Source of the DNA: Thermoplasmatota archaeon
Lineage (GTDB): Archaea > Thermoplasmatota > E2 > DHVEG-1 > B18-G2
Reading direction: 5' to 3'
Assembly (NCBI GenBank): GCA_029259115.1
Contig: JAPDJO010000002.1
Location: 18,737 to 82,736 of the forward strand
DNA length: 64,000 nt
Shown: positions 10,563 through 20,433 of the stretch, piece after piece
How positions within the stretch are numbered: position 1 is the first letter of the stretch
How the letters are laid out: each line of letters begins with the position of its first letter
Position numbers and translations under genes: made by a program
Notes under the pieces: model-generated
Seen by the model: only the letters and a program-made list of their open reading frames with translations
What the model was told of the DNA's origin: nothing
The model's database searches: none

Positions 10563-11717
10563 TTATCCCTCTATTCCATACCATTCATACCCTTCATATC
10601 TATCCTCAACAACCTTCTTACACATCTTTTCTATATCTTTGAAAGTTACATCCTTTCCCCCAAGACCTGCTATAAATCCATAAACTTTTGCATCGCTAAT
10701 CCGATATAGACTAGCTTTAACCTCTGTAAAAACAGGTCCTTCCATTCCAAGAGATATGCTCCTGTCTATTACTATAAGATCACTTTCCTTTGCAAGAGAG
10801 GCAATATCTTCTACAGGGAAAGGTCTAAAAGATCTCAGTCTGGCTAATCCAATTTTTATTCCTTCCTTTCTCATCTTATCTATAGCAACCTTACTTTCAG
10901 CTCCTAGGGCTGCATAGGATATCAAGATATAATCTGCATCTTCACATCTGTATTTTTCTATTAAACCTCCATGATAGGTTCCAAATCTTTCCTTCCATTC
11001 CTCTGCTATCTTTGGTATGAGCTCTTTTGCTTTTTCTTGAGCCTCCTGCATAGCTTTTCTTATTTTTGGATAGTCTTTGGGCATTATGATATTTCCATGG
11101 GTAACCGGATTATCAACATCTAACAACCATTGTGGTTCTCTCTTTGGGAGGAATTCATCAATATCCTTCTCATCTGGAACCTTTACTGGCATAGAGGTGT
11201 GAGATAGAATAAAACCATCATAGCAAACCATGACAGGTAATTGAACATCTTTATGTTCAGCTAACTTGAATGCTTGTATTGTGGTATCAAAAATCTCTTG
11301 GTTGCTGGAGCAGAATATCTGTATCCAACCGGTATCTCTCTGAGCTATGGAATCATTTTGATCGCTCCATATGTTCCAGCCTGGACCTACGGCTCTATTT
11401 ACGTTCACCATAACTATTGGTAATCTAGCAAGAGCAGCCCAATGTAACATTTCATGCATGAGTAAAAGACCATGGGATGAGGTAGCTGTGAATGTTCTTG
11501 CTCCTGCCGCGCTTGCTCCTATGCATGCACTCATTGCTGAGTGTTCACTTTCTACGCATATGTAATCTCCATAAAACTCTCCCTTCTCCACGTACTCTGC
11601 AATCTTCTCCACAACTGTCGTTTGAGGTGTTATTGGATATGCTGCGACTACATCAGGTTTTGCTAACTTTGCAGCTAATGCAGCGATATGGTTACCAGTA
11701 TCTATTACAACCTTCAC
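10563..11717 (-). CDS. porA: Pyruvate/2-oxoacid:ferredoxin oxidoreductase alpha subunit
   Basis: YPITPQT, ESEHSA, TATSSHGL, FRPFP, GLGGKD. Confidence 0.92.
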   Translation of the reverse strand: MKVVIDTGNHIAALAAKLAKPDVVAAYPITPQTTVVEKIAEYVEKGEFYGDYICVESEHSAMSACIGASAAGARTFTATSSHGLLLMHEMLHWAALARLPIVMVNVNRAVGPGWNIWSDQNDSIAQRDTGWIQIFCSSNQEIFDTTIQAFKLAEHKDVQLPVMVCYDGFILSHTSMPVKVPDEKDIDEFLPKREPQWLLDVDNPVTHGNIIMPKDYPKIRKAMQEAQEKAKELIPKIAEEWKERFGTYHGGLIEKYRCEDADYILISYAALGAESKVAIDKMRKEGIKIGLARLRSFRPFPVEDIASLAKESDLIVIDRSISLGMEGPVFTEVKASLYRISDAKVYGFIAGLGGKDVTFKDIEKMCKKVVEDRYEGYEWYGIEG

Positions 11718-11983
11718 CTTCGCCCCTCCCTTTCCATAGTTATTGCATTAACCTTACACTCTCTAGCACATATCCCACAACCTTTACAGTAATCATAGTC
11801 TATTTCTATGGAATCGTCATCTAATCTTACTACAGCCCCCTCTGGACAAAATATCCAACACCTTAGACATTTAACACATCTATCTTTATCTAATACAGGT
11901 CTGAAAACTCTCCAACTTCCTGTCTTTCCCATTGCTCCTTTCTTTGGATAGGATAAAGTGGTAATCACTTCATACTTTTTCAT
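11714..11983 (-). CDS. porD: 2-oxoacid:ferredoxin oxidoreductase delta subunit (2x4Fe-4S)
   Basis: KTGSWR, CVKCLRCWIFCP, CKGCGICARECK. Confidence 0.92.
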   Translation of the reverse strand: MKKYEVITTLSYPKKGAMGKTGSWRVFRPVLDKDRCVKCLRCWIFCPEGAVVRLDDDSIEIDYDYCKGCGICARECKVNAITMEREGRR

Positions 11984-12558
11984 TCACTCACCTCTGTCCT
12001 TTTGAACGCCTCCTCAGTAGCTTTTGCATTCCTCTCTCCCAAATCACCGCTCCATCTTTCCTTTATCGCCTGCTTTATAGAATCTAGAGTAACTCTATCT
12101 AAAACTCTTGGTATGGAACCCAGTATAGGTGTATTAACCACCGGTATACCTCCAACGAGAAGGTCATTTTCTATTGCTATAGCAGTGGCATCAACAGTAG
12201 CAACCTTAAACCTCTTTGAAAAATCAAAATCATCCGGTCTTTTTGTCGTGTTTATAACTATAGCTCCATTTTCTTTCAAACCGCCAATAACATCTACCAG
12301 CCCTATTATGCTCTCATCCAGAACAACAACTATGTCTGGATTGTATATTTCGCTACGAAGGTTTATCTCTCTGTCAGAAATCCTCGCAAAAGCTCTTACT
12401 GGTGCCCCCCTCCTTTCGGCTCCGAAGAAAGGAAAAGCTTGTACACCAATATTACCATCTTTAAGGGCAGCAGAAGCAAGGATGTTTGCAGCAGTTACAG
12501 CTCCTTGTCCTCCTCTACCATGAAAACAGATTTCAATCAAAGATGGTTCCTCTCCCAT
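11980..12558 (-). CDS. porG: 2-oxoacid:ferredoxin oxidoreductase gamma subunit
   Basis: HGRGGQGAVTA, FGAERRGAPV. Confidence 0.92.
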   Translation of the reverse strand: MGEEPSLIEICFHGRGGQGAVTAANILASAALKDGNIGVQAFPFFGAERRGAPVRAFARISDREINLRSEIYNPDIVVVLDESIIGLVDVIGGLKENGAIVINTTKRPDDFDFSKRFKVATVDATAIAIENDLLVGGIPVVNTPILGSIPRVLDRVTLDSIKQAIKERWSGDLGERNAKATEEAFKRTEVSE

Positions 12559-12605
12559 AATAACTACCGCCGTGAGAGGTATAGTAAAGAGGATTATAAC
12601 TGTTT

Positions 12606-12896
12606 TTATTTCTCGATGCTTTCAACCTTTGATCTCATGGTAGCATCTTTGTCTCTCCTGTCATCTATTTTTATCTCGGTGATAACCCTCTTTGCACCTT
12701 TACTCAAAACAGCGTTATGAGCTTTCTTGATAACATCAAATAGTTCATCCAAACTTTTTGTCTCTACCACGGTAGCCATCGCATTAAGTTCATAATTTAG
12801 TCCACTTCTTTTGATCTCATCTAAGGCAGCTTTGACATAATCATGCACACTCACTCCAACACCTATCGGAGTGATTGAAATCTGAGCTATAATCAT
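12606..12896 (-). CDS. MTH1187/YkoF-family thiamine-binding protein
   Basis: SITPIG, NAMATVVE, RVITEIKIDDRRDK; upstream of a TPP-dependent operon. Confidence 0.88.
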   Translation of the reverse strand: MIIAQISITPIGVGVSVHDYVKAALDEIKRSGLNYELNAMATVVETKSLDELFDVIKKAHNAVLSKGAKRVITEIKIDDRRDKDATMRSKVESIEK

Positions 12897-12897
12897 T

Positions 12898-13950
12898 TTA
12901 TCCCTTCAAAACAAAAGAGTTTACGGGGTTATTTGATTTTCCCTCAATTATATCTTTTTCTTTCTTAGTAACGACAACATCTAAAAATAGTGCTCTCTCT
13001 AAACCTTCTACAGAATCTAAATTTTTCAAGCCAGTGAGATCCGTTCTGCAGAAGAAAGCCCCTTTTATTCTGGCGTTTTTAAAATTAACGCCTTTGAGAT
13101 CTGCATCAGTAAAATCTACAAATTCAAGTTCACAATCTGTAAAATCAGATTTGCTCAAATTTGCATTCTCGAAAGATATATGTTTGAGGTAAGCTTCCCT
13201 GAAGGAAGACTTTTCAATATCTGCATCTGTAAAATCAATCTTATAGAGAGAGGACTTGTCAAACCTTGCACCTTTCACACTACATCTTCCAAATATCGAA
13301 TGTGTAAATTCTACTTCCTCTAAAATTGATCCATCGAGTATTGCTTCCGAGAAGTCACTGTCTCCACACGAACATGCTAGATTGGCTTCGCTGAGATCAG
13401 CCCCTCGGAAGTCTGTTTTGAAAAATTCAACTCCCTTAAGATTTGCTTTATGAAGATTAGAATTTGCGAAGATCGTTCCGCAAAGAAAAGATTCGCTTAA
13501 ATCTGCTTCTTCCAGATCTGCTCCGCTAAAATCAGCGTTTTCCAAATTTGCTTTTATGATTTTAGCCTTGTTCAGAACAGTTTTTACAAATTTAGTTTCT
13601 TCCAAATTTGCTCTATTTAGATTTGAAAACGAGAGATCAGATTTACTAAAATCAGCACCTTTAAGATTAGCTCTGCAAAAATTTGAATTTTTCAAAGAAC
13701 AATCTAAAAAATACAGGATCTTTTCACTTTCCCATATAGAGTTGAGAGATTCAAGGTAGATATCATCTGCTTTGATTCTTTGAAATTTGCAACCATCTAT
13801 TATTAGTGGATTCGCATCTTTGACAGAACTTCTTAACACTCTATTTATTCTAGCTACATAAGGGTTTAGATCTGAATCGTCTGGAAATTCTAGGTCTAGA
13901 AAATATCGTTCTCCATCCTCCAGCCTTTTAACAAATTCGTCGATATCCAT
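12898..13950 (-). CDS. Pentapeptide-repeat protein
   Basis: Long tandem A(N/D)Lxx/ADFxx repeats. Confidence 0.9.
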   Translation of the reverse strand: MDIDEFVKRLEDGERYFLDLEFPDDSDLNPYVARINRVLRSSVKDANPLIIDGCKFQRIKADDIYLESLNSIWESEKILYFLDCSLKNSNFCRANLKGADFSKSDLSFSNLNRANLEETKFVKTVLNKAKIIKANLENADFSGADLEEADLSESFLCGTIFANSNLHKANLKGVEFFKTDFRGADLSEANLACSCGDSDFSEAILDGSILEEVEFTHSIFGRCSVKGARFDKSSLYKIDFTDADIEKSSFREAYLKHISFENANLSKSDFTDCELEFVDFTDADLKGVNFKNARIKGAFFCRTDLTGLKNLDSVEGLERALFLDVVVTKKEKDIIEGKSNNPVNSFVLKG

Positions 13951-14046
13951 CTCTATCAGAAAACCCAGAGCAATCTAAAAAACTTTCCAGTCCAGACCGA
14001 TCAATTTATTAATTTTTACTTTATTTCCCTATAGGAGGTGGATGGG

Positions 14047-14376
14047 GTGGAGAGTGAAACACTTTCGATTCTAGAAAAAAGACCTCTAGTCGTTCATTCC
14101 TTCAGGAGGAGTAGTTTGAGAAGAAGAATCGCCGAATACCTCTACGAGATAAGTCCAAGTCCGAGTTATCCTTCTGAAATAGCTTATCATGTTAAATCTA
14201 ATCCTACCAATGTTATAGGCGCCTTGCGAGGCATGGAACCCAGGTATAGGACAGAAGAGTCTCTACTTCATTTAAACATTGTTGAGATTTGCAAAAATGA
14301 TGGTAATCTCACTTTGTACAGGCTAACAGATTTTGGGAAGAAGATAGTGTCAACTCTTAAGGAAAAGAAGATTTAG
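14047..14376 (+). CDS. earA: Euryarchaeal archaellum transcriptional activator EarA (wHTH)
   Basis: SFRRSSLRRRI..YLY.I.P..SY.SEIA..V.SNPTNVIGALRG...RY....SL..L..VE pattern; next to archaellins. GTG start chosen from RBS AGGAGGTG. Confidence 0.82.
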   Translation: MESETLSILEKRPLVVHSFRRSSLRRRIAEYLYEISPSPSYPSEIAYHVKSNPTNVIGALRGMEPRYRTEESLLHLNIVEICKNDGNLTLYRLTDFGKKIVSTLKEKKI

Positions 14377-14810
14377 GTAGTTATCTCTTTGACTTTTATC
14401 ACGACATGATCTATCTTTTCAACATCTTCTCCTGTGTATATTACAATATTTGCCATAGGTCTATCTATATCCTCTTCAGCTAAGGGTATATCTGTGTGGC
14501 CTGCCGGATACTGGAAATATCTGTAAGTCTTGTATATCGAGACGTTATTCTCATCAAAGAATTCTACACTCACATTTGCGTTTACAGTTCTGTTTACCAC
14601 GTTTTTGAACCACATCGACACTCGTGCTTTAACAATCTTCCCTTTGTTTTCAATAAGATCTAATTTTCCCTTGACAAGCTGAAAAACACCACCTCCATCA
14701 AAGATAACATTGCCTGATGTGATTTTCACCTCTTCCTTTTCTTGACAGCCTGCTATTAGGGTAAGCACTAACAAAGCGCCACATGTCGTGATGATAAATT
14801 CTCTCCTCAT
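14373..14810 (-). CDS. Putative lipoprotein (beta-sandwich, FxLYD-like)
   Basis: MRR + hydrophobic stretch + IAGC lipobox; NANVSVEFFDENN. Confidence 0.6.
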   Translation of the reverse strand: MRREFIITTCGALLVLTLIAGCQEKEEVKITSGNVIFDGGGVFQLVKGKLDLIENKGKIVKARVSMWFKNVVNRTVNANVSVEFFDENNVSIYKTYRYFQYPAGHTDIPLAEEDIDRPMANIVIYTGEDVEKIDHVVIKVKEITT

Positions 14811-14864
14811 CCAGTTTTGGAATGTAGAGATTCATATAAGTAGTTTATCAAATATCCTAACCAA

Positions 14865-14915
14865 CTCACATGCATATGCAGATGCATATTCATCTACAGA
14901 AAAACTATTTAAAAA
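14865..14915 (+). promoter_or_regulatory. Archaellin promoter: tandem TACATA-like hexamers, then BRE and TATA
   Basis: CTCACA TGCATA TGCAGA TGCATA TTCATC TACAGA (14865-14900), then AAAAC and TATTTAAA (14906-14913). Confidence 0.65.
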
Positions 14916-14963
14916 GACACTTTCTAATAACCTTGCACTCAAACTAGGAGGGATGAGTGAGAG

Positions 14964-15605
14964 ATGGTAGGGAAAAGGAAGAGATATGGAGCAATAGGTA
15001 TCGGCGCAATGATTGTCTTCATTGCAATGGTCCTAGTTGCAGGAATAGCTGCAAGCGTATTGATACAAACCAGCTCCAGATTAGAGAGCCAGGCCATGGC
15101 AACTGGGCAACAAACTACTGCAGAGGTCGCTACTGGTATATCTGTAGCAGGAATCCAAGGACATGTAAATGGAGATATCGACTATCTAGTAATAGAAGTT
15201 AGACCAAGAGCAGGTTCCAAATCCATAGATCTCTCGCAGGCTTTCATAGAGCTCTCCGATTCTAGCAAGAAACTTATACTAAAGTATGACAGCACAGAAT
15301 ATCATGCAAAGAGTGAGATAAATGGAGACGTTTTCCAGGCTGGTTTCTTCGATGGCCTCGGTGCTGAGGAATTTGGAATAATAGTTATGGAAGACGCAGA
15401 CGGCTCATGTACGGCATCAACACCAGTGATAAACAGAGGAGACAGAGTATTCTTAACAGTGAATGTTGGCAATTCTACGGGATTCAACAAATTGGGAGAG
15501 AGAACAGATGTTTGGGGAATGGTTGTACCTGAAGAAGGAGCACCAGGAGTGATCTCATTCAGAACACCAGCGGCTTACACTGAGACAGTGTATGAGTTAC
15601 AATAA
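14964..15605 (+). CDS. arlB: Archaellin (major candidate 1)
   Basis: Class III signal [31 protein letters not shown]; RPRAGS..IDL, PEEGAPG. Confidence 0.95.
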   Translation: MVGKRKRYGAIGIGAMIVFIAMVLVAGIAASVLIQTSSRLESQAMATGQQTTAEVATGISVAGIQGHVNGDIDYLVIEVRPRAGSKSIDLSQAFIELSDSSKKLILKYDSTEYHAKSEINGDVFQAGFFDGLGAEEFGIIVMEDADGSCTASTPVINRGDRVFLTVNVGNSTGFNKLGERTDVWGMVVPEEGAPGVISFRTPAAYTETVYELQ

Positions 15606-15619
15606 GGAGGTGAGAAAGA

Positions 15620-16255
15620 ATGAAGATAATGAATAGAAAAAATGTTGGAGCAATAGGTATCGGCGCAATGATTGTCTTCATTGCAATGGTCTTGGTTGCA
15701 GGAATAGCTGCAAGCGTATTGATACAAACCAGCTCCAGATTAGAGAGCCAAGCCATGGCAACTGGAGAACAAACCACCGCAGAAGTAGCTACCGGTATCG
15801 CGGTAGCTAATGTAGAGGGTCATGTTTCTAGTGGAAGCATAGACAAATTAGCAATATCTGTCAGACCAAGAGCAGGCTCAAAGGATATCGATCTCAGTAC
15901 AGTTGTATTAGAACTCTCGAATTCAACAACAAAATGTGTTCTCACCTATGATAGCACCCAATTCGCGAGCACGCCTGCTGCTGCAGGCTTATTCTCGACA
16001 AGTGCATTTGGATTGACGGCTGGTGAGTTTGGAATAATAGTTCTAGAAGATGCCGATAACTCTTGTACATCATCTACACCAGTAATAAACAGAGGAGATA
16101 AAGTAGTACTAACCGTCAATGCCACCTCTACATTCAGCGGTATAGGTGTAAGAACGGATATATGGGGAAGGGTTGTACCTGAAGAAGGAGCACCTGGAAT
16201 AATATCATTCAGAACACCACCATCACTAACAGATACAGTCTACATGCTGCAATAA
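15620..16255 (+). CDS. arlB: Archaellin (major candidate 2)
   Basis: [26 protein letters not shown]; RBS AGGAGGTG. Confidence 0.95.
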   Translation: MKIMNRKNVGAIGIGAMIVFIAMVLVAGIAASVLIQTSSRLESQAMATGEQTTAEVATGIAVANVEGHVSSGSIDKLAISVRPRAGSKDIDLSTVVLELSNSTTKCVLTYDSTQFASTPAAAGLFSTSAFGLTAGEFGIIVLEDADNSCTSSTPVINRGDKVVLTVNATSTFSGIGVRTDIWGRVVPEEGAPGIISFRTPPSLTDTVYMLQ

Positions 16256-16267
16256 TCTAGATAAACC

Positions 16268-16317
16268 CTTTCTTTCCAATATTTTTTTATTCTTTTTATC
16301 TTTTTACTAATTGGAAA
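16268..16317 (+). terminator. Oligo-T terminator/attenuator between archaellins 2 and 3
   Basis: T7, T5 and T5 runs bracketed by TTTCCAAT (16273-16280) and ATTGGAAA (16310-16317). Confidence 0.55.
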
Positions 16318-16339
16318 ACGGAGGTGGAAGAGGAACTAA

Positions 16340-16981
16340 ATGTTTAGACTAGATTCCAGAGCTAATTCGGGTGCGATAGGTATAGGTGCTTTGATTATTT
16401 TTATAGCTATGATACTCGTGGCAGGAATAGCTGCTAGTGTTATTATACAAACAATGAATAATCTTCAGAACAGGGCTATGAGCACAGGGAGGGAAACTAT
16501 AAGAGATATTTCTGCTGGAATAGAAGTACGACAAGTTTCGGGGTATGTTGTAAATTCAAAGGTAGATCAATTAGCTATCTTTGTATCTCCAATTGTTGCC
16601 TCAGAGGATATCGATCTCTCACACACTTTTATATCTCTCTCAGATACTAACAAGAAAATCATACTATCCTATGATAGTAATATGTTCAGCAGTTCAGTAA
16701 ATAATGGAGTTTTTCAGGCACTAAACTCTAGTAACTTAACATCCTCAACTTATGGAATTGTTGTCATAAGAGATCTAGATGGTTCTTGCACAGCAACATC
16801 ACCCGTGATTAATGAAAATGATATTGTCGCTCTCATTGTAAACACAACAAAGTGCTTTTCCGGTATATCTCCAAGAACAGAAGTATCTGGAAATGTTGTT
16901 CCAGAGTATGGAGTCAGTGGAGTGATAAGTTTTGTTACCCCGCCTGCACTAATAGACAAGATCGTTGATCTTCAACCTTAG
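16340..16981 (+). CDS. arlB: Archaellin (minor candidate 3)
   Basis: [28 protein letters not shown]; YGIVVIRDLDGS. Confidence 0.93.
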   Translation: MFRLDSRANSGAIGIGALIIFIAMILVAGIAASVIIQTMNNLQNRAMSTGRETIRDISAGIEVRQVSGYVVNSKVDQLAIFVSPIVASEDIDLSHTFISLSDTNKKIILSYDSNMFSSSVNNGVFQALNSSNLTSSTYGIVVIRDLDGSCTATSPVINENDIVALIVNTTKCFSGISPRTEVSGNVVPEYGVSGVISFVTPPALIDKIVDLQP

Positions 16982-18753
16982 ATGTAACTACCAAGGAATG
17001 TCGTCACAACAAAGCTTGTTATGCTGACTATCCAGACCATTGGAACAAAGTATAGAAGCGTTATTAATAGGTGACTCCCCCTCAGTTCTTTAATTGTTAA
17101 GGACAAAATCAAACAATGGATAACCAAGACGAGAAACACGACATAGAATATATTAGAAAATATCTGTGGAGGAACCGTAGTTAAGATCGCCCCTATATTT
17201 ATCTGCTGTAGATTTTTAAAGGGCTCTCCTGCCTCAAGCCATATCTCGTTGAGATGCTGCGCAATAACTAGAGATACGTATATAGAGAAAGCAATCCCAA
17301 AGGTTATTCCTAGGAAAAGGGAGACAGTAGTTTTTATTATTGATAACTTTTTCAATCTTAAATCCCTTATCTTTCTTATATTCTCTGTTATCATCCTAGC
17401 CACATCTCTTGGATTAGCGGCGGCATAGGTTGCTTCTCTGAACATCTCACTACCCCTTTGTATGTAATTGCTACACGTATCTACGCCAAACCATTCCCAT
17501 GCTGCATCATCATCTATTCTTGTGCTCAATCTTTTGTAAAGATTTCTTATGTGCGGAGTTAATATTCCATAATCCTTTTCGCTCAGATATTTCACGGATT
17601 CGTTTATCTTTCCTCCCTTCATTGCAGAGATAGAACCGAGTGCGGGTAAGAATCCAAGGAAGTTTCTCTCCCTTCTGAATATATTCTGTTCTTCGATGAA
17701 TGTTTTTATCCCAGGTATAATCAACGGAGTCAAAGCTATTGAAACAAGTATCTCATTTGGTATCAAGCTGAAAATTTGATAACCAGAAAATTTCAGATAA
17801 AATAGAAAAATGCCCAAGACTACAGATACCATGATAGATAAGAAAAATAGTCTGTAAAGATTCTTTTCAGTTTCACTTTTCTCTCCGGTCTGGGGCCATA
17901 TCTCATCAGCGGGCATCATGGATTTGAGCAAATAAAGAAGCAATCCTTCGGTTGCTATTAATGCAAACGCTGAACCATAAACAAAAGTGTTCATGTCTGC
18001 TGTACCCATTATCATTGGTAGAACCAATCCGAAAGACATTACGAAAACAATAGATATTAATAGACTAACATAGACCTCATTCAGTATAGTTAGATTTTCA
18101 TTTGCAGACTCATACATGGTCTTGTATTCTTCCATGACTGCGCCCTGCTCCTGCTCTATAAATTCTCTGTGACTAACTCCACTAACTAAACTTTGAGAAA
18201 ACCTATCTAGAAAATCCCTGAGCATTTTGCTAGGCGTTCTCTCTGATATGAATCTAAAGGCTCTAGCTAGGGGAACCTTCCACTGGGTAGAGAGGATACT
18301 TATCTTTCTTATCTCATCCCCTAGACTCTTGTAAACCTTTCTTTTTTCACCGATTGTATTGATGATATCCTTCAGGGATAGATCAGATATAGCAAGAACC
18401 CTTAGATGGGTTATAAAGAAATGCATCTTTCCGTTAATCTCGTTTTCTCTGTTCTTCCAGCTAATGTAGGGATATAGTATACTCAAGACAATGATTATAA
18501 GCCCGACACTTGGAAAGGCAATAGGATTTAGAGTTATTGAGAGGTATTTGTTTAGAGTAAACGGAAATATAATTAAAAATATCCCAAAGGCTAAGGAGGG
18601 TAGAAGATTCTTTTTGATAAATCCTTCAAAATCTTCTAAATTTCTATAGGCTATCCTTAGATCTTTGATAAAGCCACTCTTTTCTCCTCCTTCCTCTAAC
18701 TTTTTTTCCTTTTTGATTAGTAGTTTTCTCCTCTTATTTCCCTCCTCAACCAT
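16978..18753 (-). CDS. arlJ: Archaellum platform membrane protein ArlJ (FlaJ)
   Basis: Multi-TM T2SSF-like protein with TPSKMLRDFLDRF; follows the ATPases. Confidence 0.9.
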   Translation of the reverse strand: MVEEGNKRRKLLIKKEKKLEEGGEKSGFIKDLRIAYRNLEDFEGFIKKNLLPSLAFGIFLIIFPFTLNKYLSITLNPIAFPSVGLIIIVLSILYPYISWKNRENEINGKMHFFITHLRVLAISDLSLKDIINTIGEKRKVYKSLGDEIRKISILSTQWKVPLARAFRFISERTPSKMLRDFLDRFSQSLVSGVSHREFIEQEQGAVMEEYKTMYESANENLTILNEVYVSLLISIVFVMSFGLVLPMIMGTADMNTFVYGSAFALIATEGLLLYLLKSMMPADEIWPQTGEKSETEKNLYRLFFLSIMVSVVLGIFLFYLKFSGYQIFSLIPNEILVSIALTPLIIPGIKTFIEEQNIFRRERNFLGFLPALGSISAMKGGKINESVKYLSEKDYGILTPHIRNLYKRLSTRIDDDAAWEWFGVDTCSNYIQRGSEMFREATYAAANPRDVARMITENIRKIRDLRLKKLSIIKTTVSLFLGITFGIAFSIYVSLVIAQHLNEIWLEAGEPFKNLQQINIGAILTTVPPQIFSNIFYVVFLVLVIHCLILSLTIKELRGSHLLITLLYFVPMVWIVSITSFVVTTFLGSYI

Positions 18754-18762
18754 ATTTCAAAC

Positions 18763-20418
18763 CTATACATCTATTGGAAGACCATCTACACCTTCCCTGT
18801 AATATGTCCATATAACCTTGACAACTTCGTAATAATCTAAGATATCTTCCTCGACCATCCTTTCTAATATTTTTTGCCTAAGATCAAATTCTTCGTATAT
18901 TTCTGTTGGATCTGCATATCCTGCGTTCCTCGCTATCTTTTCTTCTAAAATGTAACTATTCTTGTAAGCCACAAATCTATGGACATCCTCTAAAGGATCC
19001 CATTCGAAAGCCTTTCTAGCCATAATTCCGTCTGCTTCTCTGTTATATCCCTCTATCTCATCTACAGATATGCATCTTCTAACTTTCTTTCCTTTCCTCT
19101 CAACGGCAGACTGTATGAGAACAACATCCAGATTATCCATAAATGTCTTCGGAACGTTTATGGGATCGCTCGTAAACCTCTGTATAACCTTCGTTACACT
19201 GCCAGCATGAAATGTAGTCATAACAGGATGTCCAGTCTGCATCGCTTGGAATACTATGTTGCCTTCTGCACCTCTAACTTCACCAGGTATTATATAGTCA
19301 GGTCTTGATCTTAAAGCAGCTACTAATAGATCAAATAAATCTACTCTACTTTCTTCTGGCCCTGTTGTTTTTGTTAGTAGCCTTTGCCACACCTCATGAG
19401 GAACTTTCAGCTCTGGGGTTGTCTCTGCTGTGTATATCTTTTTCTCTGGCGGTATAAAAGGAATAAAAGCATTCATGGTAGTGGTTTTTCCGCATGCTGT
19501 CTCTCCGCATAGAAAGATATTTCTACCATACTGTAGGCATATCCAGAAATAGGCAGCTATTCCTGCGGATATCGTCTTCCATTTAATAAGCTGGGTTACG
19601 CTTATTGGTACTTCCGTGAACTTTCTTATGCTCATGCTTGGTCCTTTTATGCTCACAGCTGAGCTATATATTATATTAGCCCTGCTACCATCTGGAAGGA
19701 TACCATCGGATATGGGTTTAGCTTCGCTGACAGGATTACCCATTTTTTCACTTAAAGCTCTCGAAAATTTTGGAGCTTCATCTTTGGGTATCAGAATATT
19801 TGTTTTGATCATCCCAAATACTTTGTGAATAAGATGAACATATTCTCCAGTTATGACGTGTATATCTTCTATATACGGATCCCTCATAAAAGGTTCAAGA
19901 GGCCCTCCTCCAACTAAGGTCTTGTATATATCATATTCTATCTTTTCTTTCTCCAGTGGTGTAAGATATACTTTGCTCTCGTTTTTTCCGAACAGCTTAA
20001 GAAGACTTTTCTGGGATTTCAGTTTTATATTGCTCTCTGTTGTTACAACAATCTCATCTAACAATTCTTTCAATATCTTTTTCAGATCCTCATCATTATC
20101 TGCTGCATTCTTCCTTACGACCTCCTTTAACATAAGCTTCATTATCTTTTCTTTCTTTTCTTTCTCCTCATCATTCAAAGAAGGCTCTATCGCATGATAC
20201 TCTATCTCTTCCATCCCAGGCAGTCTATAGATGTGAACAAAAACATTTCCTTTGGTTGGGTATATTATGTTTGGATACTTCTCTTCGCTTAGTTCCATTG
20301 GAGGAGCTTTAAGAAATTTTGGTGTATCCATTTTTTCCTTTATCTTGTCGAGATATTCCTTCAAGTGGGGATTCTGTTGGATTATCTTTTCGATTTCCTC
20401 CCTCTCCATTTCATACAT
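18763..20418 (-). CDS. arlI: Archaellum motor ATPase ArlI (FlaI), copy 2
   Basis: RDPYIEDI, Walker A GETACGKTT, RSRPDYIIPGEVRG, TGHPVMTTFHA. Confidence 0.92.
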   Translation of the reverse strand: MYEMEREEIEKIIQQNPHLKEYLDKIKEKMDTPKFLKAPPMELSEEKYPNIIYPTKGNVFVHIYRLPGMEEIEYHAIEPSLNDEEKEKKEKIMKLMLKEVVRKNAADNDEDLKKILKELLDEIVVTTESNIKLKSQKSLLKLFGKNESKVYLTPLEKEKIEYDIYKTLVGGGPLEPFMRDPYIEDIHVITGEYVHLIHKVFGMIKTNILIPKDEAPKFSRALSEKMGNPVSEAKPISDGILPDGSRANIIYSSAVSIKGPSMSIRKFTEVPISVTQLIKWKTISAGIAAYFWICLQYGRNIFLCGETACGKTTTMNAFIPFIPPEKKIYTAETTPELKVPHEVWQRLLTKTTGPEESRVDLFDLLVAALRSRPDYIIPGEVRGAEGNIVFQAMQTGHPVMTTFHAGSVTKVIQRFTSDPINVPKTFMDNLDVVLIQSAVERKGKKVRRCISVDEIEGYNREADGIMARKAFEWDPLEDVHRFVAYKNSYILEEKIARNAGYADPTEIYEEFDLRQKILERMVEEDILDYYEVVKVIWTYYREGVDGLPIDV

Positions 20419-20433
20419 GTTTCTTTCACTTTC

